From positions 1,808,297-1,872,296 of the forward strand of contig NW_002060951.1 in NCBI RefSeq assembly GCF_000150275.1: a stretch of DNA of 64,000 nucleotides, in the 5' to 3' direction. This document shows positions 37,995-50,729 of this stretch, piece after piece. A program made the position numbers and the translations under genes. Position 1 is the stretch's first letter. Each line of letters opens with the position of its first letter. Source of the DNA: Trichoplax adhaerens (taxonomy: Eukaryota; Animalia; Placozoa). The notes beneath the pieces are model-generated. The model made no database searches and was not told the origin of the DNA. It was given only the letters and a program-made list of their open reading frames with translations.

Positions 37995-39170
37995 ATGAAT
38001 AATTCTACAACTGGTCCAGTCGGACCGACACAATTATCAACACTGCAAATTACTTTCATAACATTATATGCTATACTTGGATTTATTGGGACAGTAGGCA
38101 ATACCATTATCATAATTTCCATAATTACGGTTAAGAAAATGAAAACACCTATCAATATCCTTATTTTAAATTTAGCTTTAGCTGGTTTCCTTATGTCATT
38201 ATTTTATATTCCAATATCAATGATAACTCAGTTTACGACAAATTATATTTGGACGCATGGTCAAGCTATGTGCAAAATTTATTATACAGTTACGTTATGG
38301 TCCGTCCAAGTCATATCTTATACTCAGGTCGCAATTTGTATTAACCGTTATCAAGGTATCCATCTCGTTATGAAAAAGAAATATCGTATGAATATCAAGA
38401 CAGTTATGATTGTTAATTTAATTATATGGATATTTGCATTACTATTTTGTGTCCCATACTTGATGTATTTAAGGGTAGTACCGCAACGTAATAATATTAC
38501 ACATTGTCTCTTGGTTTTACCGTTAACGTCACTGGATTTTGCTATCGATGGAAAGTTTGTTAGTTTTTTCTATTTTATGTATGCTGCCAGCTACCTGTTA
38601 GTTGCTTACTTAATTCCATTCGTAATTATGGTAATGTTTTACGGCATTATTATTAAAGGTTTAAGGCAAAGAAGACTCAGTCGAGGTAATTTTAATAACG
38701 ATAGGAATGAATTACATCGAAGCATCAGTATGCAACGAAAAGAGCGAGTTATCAAATTATTTATAGCTTGCGTTGTTATTTACTTTATTGCAAATCTGCC
38801 ATATGCTATTTCGTTGTTGCTATTTATTATTCATAAGATATCATGGCAAATTTTTATTAGTATTCGCTATTATTTGACCATACTGCAAGTTTTTGGTGTT
38901 GTATCCAATGCTTTACTCTATGGCTATTTTAACACTGGTATACGTAATTATTCAGCTTCCATAGCATCTAAATCAATTCGTCGTTCTGCATTAATTACTC
39001 AAACACCGAATACTTCATTCAAGACGACATCATTAAAAACCAATTTTGCAAAACCTTTAAATGATTTTAAAATGGTTAAATCTCTCTCATCCCCAGCTTT
39101 GGTTCGTATTCAACGATGTAATTCAGGAAAACAATTAAAGACAGCTTCTAACGTTGTAACGGTTGTTTAA
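37995..39170 (+). CDS. Class A (rhodopsin-like) GPCR, peptide-receptor-like, single coding exon, 391 aa
   Basis: Seven hydrophobic segments; N-terminal N-glycosylation sequons; GN (TM1), NLALAG (TM2), C3.25, INRY, W4.50, ECL2 Cys, YLIP..FY (TM5), NLPY (TM6), NALLYGYFN (TM7). Confidence 0.95.
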   Translation: MNNSTTGPVGPTQLSTLQITFITLYAILGFIGTVGNTIIIISIITVKKMKTPINILILNLALAGFLMSLFYIPISMITQFTTNYIWTHGQAMCKIYYTVTLWSVQVISYTQVAICINRYQGIHLVMKKKYRMNIKTVMIVNLIIWIFALLFCVPYLMYLRVVPQRNNITHCLLVLPLTSLDFAIDGKFVSFFYFMYAASYLLVAYLIPFVIMVMFYGIIIKGLRQRRLSRGNFNNDRNELHRSISMQRKERVIKLFIACVVIYFIANLPYAISLLLFIIHKISWQIFISIRYYLTILQVFGVVSNALLYGYFNTGIRNYSASIASKSIRRSALITQTPNTSFKTTSLKTNFAKPLNDFKMVKSLSSPALVRIQRCNSGKQLKTASNVVTVV

Positions 39171-39777
39171 CTGCAAGATACACCTTACTAAATATCAGTT
39201 TAACACAAACATGACAGCTATTGTTAACTGTAGGGTATTTTTAATCCATCAATTTTAATTATTTATTAAATGAACATTATTTCCAATTAATTAATCCATC
39301 TATGTAAATTAAACTTACTAATTGCTTCATGCATGTAAAATTTCGTAATTATAATTTGTACGGTTGCATATTAATATGATTCATTACCATACAGCATTAT
39401 CTTTGTAGTTATTGTCAAAACAGTTGAGTTTAGATGCTGTTAGAATAAAAAAATATGGTTTTAAATATAATTATTTAATCAAAATATTGACTTTAGAATA
39501 TTAATCAAAGAGTGTAAATCAAGCATAAAAATCTAAAGCCATTAATAATACCAATTAACTATGTTAATGTGGAATAATATGATATCAATCTGAATATTAG
39601 ATAAATAGTTTGTATTTAAGGATAGGATTTACAGTACGTAACATATAATTAAAAACCAACTATTTCAAGTAATTCGAAATTATTTAAGAAAAAGGTTCCG
39701 ACTATTTATCATGCTAAAGCAAATTAGTTTATGAACTCAAAACGAATAAATACAGAAACGAGCTCGTACTTTAGGCA

Positions 39778-40193
39778 TATGAGGTTGATAGATCAAGAAT
39801 CTTCAAAACTTTAGAAAATTAAGATTTATTGAACAAAACCTCGTTTACGAAGATACAACGTAATCGATTAGCTGAGGACCTCTAAAGAGAAAGAACTATC
39901 TTACTATACTAAACTACTCGCTTATATACTTTTCCGCGTTTACAGTCTTAGCACCTTACTTACTACACACTTCAGTATTAGCATCTCAAATACAGGATAC
40001 TTTACACCTTTCATGTGAAGCTCTAGTGTGAGCACTGCAGCGCTCTTCTTCAAAAGGATTACAGGTACTAAGCTAGCTATATTTAATACTTAAGCCTCTA
40101 ACGAGAATATCTATCACATGTTGAACACAACACCTACGGTAGACATTACTAAATATATCATCAACTTAGAATACAATATTACACTGTCTTGCA
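39778..40193 (-). mobile_element. Solo LTR (family A), 416 bp
   Basis: Flanked by exact TSD AGGCA (39773-77, 40194-98). Inverted near-identical copy of 54835-55253, with about 16 substitutions plus a 3-bp indel counted by eye. Confidence 0.92.
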
Positions 40194-43100
40194 AGGCATT
40201 AGGTTTTGCCTCCTTTATTATACGAAATTAGCTACTATAAGTACAAGATAGGAATTAAAAAATAAGATTATACGCCAGCGTAGTAGCAAAGTAATCTTTT
40301 TCAAACATTATTCAGAATGTCTTATAATGAAATAATTTCACGTTACTTATATTAACAGATAAAACTAATCTAAATAGTTTAATATTGGTTAGGATATGTG
40401 TTCAATAACAAGTATTTTTGATCACTTTTAAGGAAAATTAAAATCTGAAAATGTTGAAAATTATTTTTAGTAGATATTGTACGTTCTAATTTATCAGACA
40501 CAGTTTTGCTTCTGATTTGTGTATTTACCGAACTTTGCACTGAATTATTAGCTGATTATAAACCTAGATGAAAGATCAGTAGGTGGGAAAGTTAGTTACG
40601 GTTTACACCATTATAACACCTTAGAATCATAATATTTAGATATTTTCAAATTTACGCTTGCGAACCATAGGGTATCTTCAGATAATTGCATGTCAAAAGA
40701 TTCAAAAATTGATACCGTCACAATTTTAGGCTTGTATCTAAATATCAAATATAGTAGTGAGATGCTTTATAAAAAATTTCAATGTAGAACTACATCACTG
40801 TTCAATTACCTTCAAGCAACGATACCGTATATTAATTTTTAAATATTTGTATACGTACCAGAAGTGTTAATGAGATTACAGAATTAATTAAGATAATATT
40901 TTTATCACTAATTACGGACTGATTTAAGGTTCTACGGTTCTGTATGCTCTGAATTAATGATAGAAAATATACCGTAAACATATTTGGTGAAGAAGTTTTT
41001 CGAAAATACGTGATAGATTTAGGTATTATATCATGTTTACTGTAAGAAAACAATACTACGCGTAATTTCCTGAAATAAATTCCTCGAAGGGATTTTCTGA
41101 GCTGTTTATTGTAACAATTAAAATCCTTCTAGTTAAATACCATAGATAAAAATAATTCAGACTAGGGTCTACTTATAGACGAAAAAGCACTCGATTTTCA
41201 TGCCGCAATTTCCGAAAGGTAGATGTTGCGCTCACTAATTTTTGGTAAGTTATTGATTTGGAACATTAACTTTATTACTTATTTACTTTGCATTATACGT
41301 GTATGATAGGGTTATGCGAAGATATCCATATAATGAGATAGATCGAATTTATAGCGGAAAAGTTCTACGAATATAAAATTCACTAAGTATTGAAACTTGC
41401 TGAATACATAAAAAGTAAAATAGCACTCGCTTCCCTTATAGCATGCCCTCGAACATGTCCAGTAATTGTGCGATTTGTTTTAAATAATAAAATTTCTCTT
41501 TATATAGCAACGTACATCGATCAGAAATACAGATGTTATACATATCAATCAATATTGTTATATATAGTATGTTTTCTTTTATAGAATATACATTAAAGTT
41601 AACTATTGCATTATAGATAACTAATTGTGGCATATTATGAAAAAGGTATTACAGATGTTGTAAAGACAGATACCATATATAGAGTTGCTTATTAAAAGAT
41701 TAAGGTTAACTATATATGTATTCTCATATTAATTTATATAATAAGACTGATTATTCTGATATGAGATAGGTACAAAAGATATGTTTGTTGCATCAGACAA
41801 GGCTCTTTTTAATTAATGTAAACTCTCGGCTTGCATGAATTGCTTATGAATGAGGGGAATACTATGCAATATATTAACGTTTAGCTTCAACAATAAAATT
41901 GTTCCTCATCCTCCTCAATAAGTCGTCCCATAACAACAGGATATTCTTATGATAAGAAAACGCTCTAGTTGCTCCTATTCATCGAGTAATTTTGCGTTTT
42001 AATATTAGATTGAAGACTGATTCTGGGTACATATGTTTTGGGTTAGGTTTAAGGTTAGATTAATGGTTACAGTTTACGGATAAATTTAAATACAATGCTA
42101 GTTCAGATATTAAAACGTAATGCCTTTGCTATTTTGAAAAGGAAGGTGTTCATATTATTTTTTATTTAGCTTAGATAACCACTATAATGCTTAGCATAAA
42201 AATATTAATGATACTTACTTACTTATTACGTCATTATCTACGATTATACACGATATACATACCTTAAGATTATTGCGAACCTTGTCCGCTGGGTTACGCT
42301 TATTGTCTCTCTACACGCTCATAATATACTTCTTGACTAAATATAAGCTTGATACACTTATTCAATTTAGTCTTCTTATCTGTTACGTCCATTCCGTCCC
42401 ACCCTTAGAAACTCCTGGATTGTATACTTTCTCCGACGGATTACAGCTAAGATGGCCAACACGCCATCCGAAGCCAACTCATCATAATTAGATTTAATCA
42501 AATCTAGATTAATTTATCAGAGATAGATGTACGATATGCAAATCATAAAATTAGAAGTAATCGTGTATATGCTACGGCCAGAGATTGGCTAATTCTTGGA
42601 ATTGACCATAACATATACATATTTTTCAAGAAAATAACCTTGAAATATATTCTTAAAATAACGTATTATTTATCTTAAATTAATTGCTTTTATTTTTCAT
42701 TTTCTTTAATTCAATCTTTTAGACTTAAGACCAGCTCCTCTACTATCAATAATACAGTATCGATTGAAAAACGAAGATTGAAGTTTATTAATACAACATT
42801 AAATACAATATCTATGTATGTGTTTTGAAAGTCAATAATAAAACAATTACATTTTTCATCATTACAATTTCAAATATCAATAATGAAAATCAAAAGATTA
42901 TTTTTTATATCCTTGAGGCTGGAATTTTTCAAGTATTACCGTTAGCAAATGATTTCGTGCCGCTCAAAATAGAAATATCTATAGAATTCTTAAATCTCAT
43001 TATGAGGGTTCCAATTTAAGATCAGTTATTTTGATTATATATATGATTAGCATGAAACTCAGCCACTGGTTCTAGATATTAATAAAACACAAGTTTATGT

Positions 43101-46100
43101 TCATACTAAAGAGTCATAAATGCAATGTTTAAGCAGCCTGAATTTAATTTTTCTTCTAAACTTGCTTCTAAATATCTAAAATATTAAAATTTTTTCTTTA
43201 TTGTATACTAATTTTATCTGTATTGACTATATAAAATATAATATGTTCTTATTCATAGCAAACAATGCTGAAAATCTGTAATAGAACCTTTTAATATAAA
43301 TCCTTATAAATGTTGTAATAATGGCGTGAAGCAGCTTGATTGATTTGACCGTTAGTTTAAACTTATATAACTTTGTATGGTCCATCATTAATGAACTTAG
43401 AACACAATTTACATTTGAACGAAGGTTCATTTTGGAGCCGAAAAGCTTTCTAGATATCTAATTCTTATCGATACATCCTTTTCTATTCTACTCGCTCATT
43501 TATTTAATTGTTTCTATGTTTCGCTCCTCTTTAAGCATACATTATCCTTCATAATAATTTTTTAGGACTGCCTTTGTATGCTATATTCTCAGACTCGTTT
43601 CATTGATCAAGGTGCCCAGAAGGCTAAAAGTAATCTAGACAATCTTGGCTGAGTAATTATTTACGTAAGACATTTTCATTCGTGGATTGATCCAAAAGGT
43701 TAAGCATAAGTGATTTCTTTATTAAAATTTTTATAACTAAGTAATTTATCCAGTTCTATTTAATTATCTATACTAATTTCACACATTGTCATATCAAAAT
43801 CCAGTTTCAGTTGCCTATTATGTTTAACAAATTATTACTATACGAGGTGATATCTATTAGCGCTATCCGCTTTCAGTAGCTTTTTCCGGAAATACAGATT
43901 TTAAAAAATTTTCGTTTCAATTAAATTTATCTCCTAAGGAATTCTATCTTGAAAATTGCTCCTTCATTTTACTACTAGGTAGGTATACATTTATTTCGAT
44001 CTTCGAATTGATATCCACTCAAAATTAGTGAAATGAGAAAAATTTACTATAATTGGTTTGTTTAGTCTATTTACTATATAATTGTCAATAAATATTACCG
44101 TAGTTACTTTTTAATAGAAATTTATCCAAAATCATCAGCAATATAGAGTAGGATATTTTGCTTATGACGAAATTAACGCATTATCATTTTATTTGATATT
44201 ACCGTTAATAGTAGAGCTAATTTTAATATATCTAAATGTGTTTAGACCGAGGTGTATATATTACTTTCTTATCAATACTAATTTAAATATTTAGATATCT
44301 GCATTATTTAGATGCCTATAATTGCTTGAGGAAGCCGTTAATACGCGTATTCTATCTTTAATATTGCTGAAAGGGTAGGGAGGACACGAATTTTCTTGCG
44401 ACTGATATATTGTTTGTAGATGTAATTTTATTATATATAATATATTATCAGTGCTTAATGAAAGTGCTCTTTTAATATCCGAGATATCTTAAAAACATCT
44501 GAAGGGGAAGACAGAATAAATAAAATTTTTCTTCTAAGTATTGCGTTTGGATGTAGTATAAAATTTGTTAAATCATACGAGTATTGTAGCAATAAGTACA
44601 CTTTCAAGCTGGAATACCTTAAGGACAATATGCTACATAATATTTTTCCTTCTTAGTAATAGTATACATCCCTTACTAATGTTTTCTACTATGGCACAAC
44701 ACACTAGATTGAAAAGTTTTGAGTTTTTTATTTTAAAATTTTGAAGCTAGGACAGTGATCTGGGTAGCGTAAACCTGTATTCGCTTAGATAGCTAAACTA
44801 AATTACAACTATAGCAAGAAATGCTATACTAAGCAGATGGAAAATTTTGTTTTCCATCTACTGTAGTCAAGGTTCAACTAAATAAACAGTTGAAGTAATA
44901 ACGTGATTCATCATGTCATTCTAAGAGTTTGATGATGCATAACTGCATTACAGAATTAAAAATGGATTTAAATATTGCTCAACTCCATGCAGTAATTTTG
45001 CAAAGGAATAGAAACTAAATTCTTGGATAGAACAGGATGATACCTCTTTACATTTGCACCTATAGTAAAATGAATTTAATACTGAAAATTTTAAGCTTAA
45101 ATCGATATATCTCCCGCATTTGACATACTAGTTCACTCACTTAGCCTTAAAATGTAAATCGCGGTTTCTGCTTGTAAATAGGGATAGATGTAATACTTAC
45201 AAACCTTGCAATATCATTAATAATGCTAACAGATGATATAAACTTATTTAATATTATCGATATACAGTAATTCTAATTCAAACTGTTTTTCGAGTGCAGC
45301 GACTATTATACCAGCTGTATGATAGATTTATACTAAATTTCTCATGTTAATTTAACTTTTAACATCACAATCGAGCTATTTTTTCACTTAAACTAACCTT
45401 TACCTACAAGCTAACAACTGGATATCATCCATGTCATAATATTCTTGATCACTATTGCATACATTCTAGCTACTTTTTGCTTCTATTTTGTTTAGATTCA
45501 TTTAAAATTTATAATTAAACAAAATAAATTAAAAATTGCCATTAATTTAAAGTAGTGCATGAGTTTTAGTAGATTTGCGTATTTAATAAACTTAAACATT
45601 AATATGGTTAAAGATACTGCTATTACAATTAACATCTCAGTATTCAATATCAAGTACGCAGTGATTCTTCCATGCGTTAAGAATTTGCTAAACCTATTCA
45701 GTTTTCAAAATTTCCAATCTTGTAATCCTTCGCGTCTTTATAACATATAAAGTCTAACTAGACAAGGCCTGCTTTTAATTTTTATTCACAATTTCTATAG
45801 CATTCATTGTAATCACCTACCGTTACTAATAGCTTTTGACAATATCATAGCATCTTTGATTTACAGACAGTCTATCGCTTTCTCCATCAGCATATAAATA
45901 GTTTTGATTATTTAGATCTTATGCTATCAATTTTGTTTCTAAATACTTTCAACTTTATTATATTTCAAATATATTTATATCATTTATCTTGATATCGATG
46001 GCTTGATTATTATCATGATCACAGACAATACATTTTTCAAGCTGTTGTCTACAATTTTATTAAGTTTAAAATAGATTAAGCAAAATATTTATCAGGATGA

Positions 46101-49100
46101 TTTTATGACAGCTTTCACGGTATGCATTCCGTTTTCAAACTATCCACAATGAGTAGTTTAAACTGGTAAAGTATCCTTCATTTACCGCGATTCCAACAAT
46201 CTCGGTACTGCTGCTTCTAATCCAGTTAATATTTATATAGCACGAATTCGATAACTACTAGCATCATGAAAGCAAGCTAGAACTAAATCGTTTATGGTCA
46301 GTTTTAATAGTAACTATTGTAGTGAGTCTAACTGTGTCGATTGGAGACTGCTGTACTCTCTAAAACTCATAATTGGTGATTTTTACGACTTTATGAGTAA
46401 AACAGTTTATTTTAGCACGAAATAACTGAGATTCTACGTACCATATTTCTATATTGGAGTTTTAAGAGTAATAAGTGAATAGATCGTTCACATGTAATAA
46501 CTTAACCAATACGTATTAACCAGAAAAATCGTTTATCCTATTAATGGCATATTAATATCTAGGCATAGATAGCCTAATTACAACCGTCTATGGGCATCAT
46601 CAGTCATGAGTAACACAGTAATTACCCTATCATAATTAGTAAGTCTAAAAATTAAATTAGATTGGATCCTACTGTCATTAAAATGTAATTTAAATTCAGG
46701 TTAATTCCTTATTTCGAAAAATTCAATTCCTGTTATTAGCTGATAGGATTTTACAGTTTTTGTCTCTTTTAATGGAGCTTTCAGTTAGAATTTATTCATA
46801 TGTTAATTGATAAATCTAACATTAGCTAAACACCAGTGAGTGATATTTCCATTATCATCAATTTTCATGTTTTTGATTTAAGGTTGACTATGACATTTGA
46901 AAAGCTCATAATTAAATTAGATCAACGATGATTGATGACAGCACTTATTCTAGTCTATCCTTTGTAATCGTCCTATTATTTGAAAATTACTTGTCAAATT
47001 TTAATGACTTTGCTCCCATCATGGCCTTTTTTTCTTATTTATTTAATTCAATTTTAGTCGGAATTCACACTTGATGGAAACACAGATAAATATGAACGCA
47101 AAGATATATGTGTAAGAGACGCCAAATTTTGAAGTCAACTTAATCCCATTTTCTATAATGTAAGATGGATAATTTAGTTCTACTTACTGAAGGATGTTCT
47201 ACGTGTTTGAGCAATTACGTTGAATTTCTAATGTTTATCATTTAAAACAATTTTACTTAAAATGGTCCATTTCTTGATTATTGATATTAGACACATACTG
47301 TAAACGCGCATTTTCTCCATCGACAATGGATGATAGAATTTTTCAGAAATAGATACTAGCATCTCTGGTTTCATCATTTATAGGGTTAAGATAACTTAAG
47401 AATTGAAATTACAGCTACACGCACATTCACTTAGAGATGTAATCTCTACTTGTTTTGGAACTAACGATGTATTCCATGTTTGAGCGTAAACTATTCATAT
47501 TGTTATGACAAATTAAGAATTTAAAACGATGCATTGATTACTCATCAATCCATAGTAGATGACATAACTGTTATTACCAAATATCATCATTTTTACATAA
47601 TGCCATCTTTCGAGCAAATAACAAGTAATTTTAATATAGATATGGGGTTTTTCTCACAGTTTTTTCACTGTGTATATTAGTAAACATAACGTGCGAATAA
47701 TTTCCATAGATATGCGTAAGTAATCATTTTCAACTTTATTATTTCTACCAGCTTAATCATCGTATTAAATGGTGCTCTATAAAGACTCAGCAAAATAATA
47801 TTAATGTTAATAATCACCGTCAGGAATTATATAAAAGCTATTTATCAGCTTATTTGCAAATTTAGTTCGCTTGGTATAAAATGATTTTTGTATCTTGATT
47901 ATTATGATGAGCGTTCTAAGATTAAAATACGCGTATAGATGATTTTATGTAGATGAACAGGAGTCGTTGGTAAATTTTTTGAAATTATAAATTCCTACTG
48001 CTCGTCATTAAAAACTCTAAAAATATCAATTGCATACATGCTCAGCTCTCTTCAAATTCTTTGCTAGTCGCTGGTTTCAGTAGCCGCTTTAAGTAAAATA
48101 GTTCTAGCTGAGAACTTTAATCGCTATTTCTCAGAGTAAAATTTATATGGAAAACGAGCTTTGATTTATACTACATAAATTTAATGAAAATATGATACAT
48201 TACATACGTATTTTATATTCTGTCAACTTTAGGAAGTAAAAATTCATCGTAAATACTATATTAATAAGCTGCTATTTTATGTTAGTCATCGTAAAGTCAA
48301 AACTGATTATTGAATTACTGTCAACTTCTGCATGATATTTAGTTCATTATTATGATAGTAGATACGTTATTTTTCTTTCTTCACTAATAATGATCAATGT
48401 TGTTGTAGATTAGATAGATAAAATGTAGGATATTACTGATGCCATTCACATGGTTATATATACAGTAGCTCCGATGCGATAATAATTTTGAAGTACTTCA
48501 ATTAAAAAATATATTTAAATGCCGATTATTGGTTATTTTCATAATGCGCATCATTAATTCAAATCAATGCATTAGTATTTCCTGGGATGTATTTACGAAA
48601 AAGATTAATTGGTAGATAATTTTCTTTACTGTCAGTAAGGCTAGACAGAAATATATTAGGCTTTCGTATTAATAACACGATTGATTGTTTATCATTTTTT
48701 CAATTTATTATAAATTATCTTCTTGCGGTAAATGTAATTCTCATGAACTAAAGTAGCCTTAGATTTTAATTAGTAGGTCATAGCTTATAATGGGTATCTA
48801 TTATTTTAAAATGGTAATACTGGATCATATTTTACCAAAAGCAATAATGTTATGAAATTTGTAAGATTGAAATTTGAAGATAGTCATTATAGATACTTCC
48901 TCATGATATGCTAAAGTATCTCAAGAATTGGGTCATGAATAAATTATCTAATTAGTAGTGAATGCTAATAAAAGTATCTAGGAATTTTGCGATGAAACAG
49001 CTTAATCGATTAAAATAGAAATCCTTCTCATATGTGCCATAAAAAATTAGGTATTTGCCGATCGGTGTATTTTCAAACCGCTAAATTGTTTAATTTATTC

Positions 49101-50293
49101 AATAATTTTAAAAGTAACTATAAATTATACTGGGTAATCCTACTGTAGCTTTGACTAATATCAATTCAATTATATCCAATTTTGGTTAATAGGTTTATCT
49201 GAAGACTAAATATACTCGTAAATAAATTAAAATGTGTCTTATTTTAGATGGAAATACTTGGATGTTTCTGTATTATGATAGTTCCGCAGCTCAATCTGAT
49301 TTCCTTTTTGAAATCATACCTATATGTATTTTTCTTAAATTCTATTCCTATAGGCGTAAGTTATCATTTGTTTGTCTTTAATTACTCAAATCTATCGATT
49401 TTTACAGTAATAAATAACGTTTCAATGCGCTACTGCGACGTTATCAATTACACAACAGCTTTGATTTTCTTGACGTAATTTGACTTGACTTATGTTCATC
49501 TTTTGTTGATAACAATTACAATCAACTATGATAAATACAATTTTTTGCATTTCGATACCCATCTTTTGCTCTCTATTCGTATAAATAAAATGACAGATCA
49601 GCATCTAACACATTATAATGACTCTTTAAATTTCATTTCTCATTATTAATTACATCTGTGCAAGGTTTAGATGGCGATATAAAATTTAGTCTGATGTTTA
49701 TACTATTTTAGCGGACTAAAGTTATAAGAAAATTATAATATCGTCGATTCCTTACATGAGATCAAATTGCAAATTTTGATACCTGATCGCTACAACGACA
49801 TAATTTATGTAAGGACTGAATCATCATTACTAATAGCAATTGTACAGTATAATACCTATTATGGATTGAACAATATTTAAGACTTTCAAAATTAAAGACC
49901 CTAATCAATAGATGGATGATGTTATGGCTTCTTAATTCCCTTTTAAGGATGTGAAATATTATCATTACTCTAGCAACCGTGAAATTACACAATCATTGAT
50001 TAAAAATGAGTTTAACGATTTGAATATCCTTGAAAAATTTTCTGGTGACATTACTAAAATAACGATGTGAGCAAAGAATGCTATTAATTATGCTAGATCT
50101 ACTCCATAAATAATTTCATTTTCTGACTATTGATCTAGCCATACCCAAGCTATTTTAGAGTTGAGGTTATTTTACTTATTGATTTTGTTATTTTGATAGA
50201 TCTGGTTATTTCATTAATTATAATATGTTTAAAATATACATGAATTATGTTACTTTGGCTATACATTTAATTTCTATGAACATGAATGCATTG

Positions 50294-50729
50294 TGTCACA
50301 AATCAGCTTCGTGATAAGGATAACGTAAAATACATCTCTAAATCTCTAAAAATCTGGGGATTCAGTATCCCTACTCTCAAGAATTTAGACGCCTTTGATT
50401 CTACGTTAAACTCAACTAGACAATTGAGAACTACTTTATTCAACTATCTGACCGGATTATATACCCTTCTACAGCAGCTAACATTCATGAGTCATCTTAT
50501 AAAAATACTTAGGTGAGAACATCTACTAACTAGTTTTTCACAGTCGGACTACAATATGTCCATTCACAGAATCATTTCAGTGCACATTACAGCACAGCAT
50601 TAAATTTACTGTAACACATTTATAATTAGAGTAATTCCTATTGTAAGTAACTAGTTATAATATATTATCACTATATTATATTCACCAAATTTAGATAGCT
50701 ATTTCTTCACGGTAGTTCGTACCGTGACA
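50294..50729 (-). mobile_element. Solo LTR (family B), 436 bp
   Basis: TGTCACA...CCGTGACA, colinear with 14035-14605 (shared blocks such as GGGATTCAGTATCCCT, CGCCTTTG.TTCTACGTTAAA, TCTTCACGGT..TTCGTACC). TSD not exact (CATTG / ATTTG). Confidence 0.8.

Noticed and set aside
37995-39170. GPCRs as opsins, aminergic receptors or pseudogenes
   Set aside because: No TM7 Lys, no D3.32, both ORFs are intact and the unusual residues are shared between paralogs.
42040-42069. GGTTAGG telomere-like run
   Set aside because: Only about four degenerate units.
42240-42445. LTR-like stretch ending GGATTACA
   Set aside because: No matching TG start with a TSD and no second copy was found.
44835-44859. 10-bp hairpin AGATGGAAAA/TTTTCCATCT and similar small inverted or tandem repeats (16550-16577, 32277-32400, 52131-52187)
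   Set aside because: Expected by chance or slippage in AT-rich DNA, with no supporting context.
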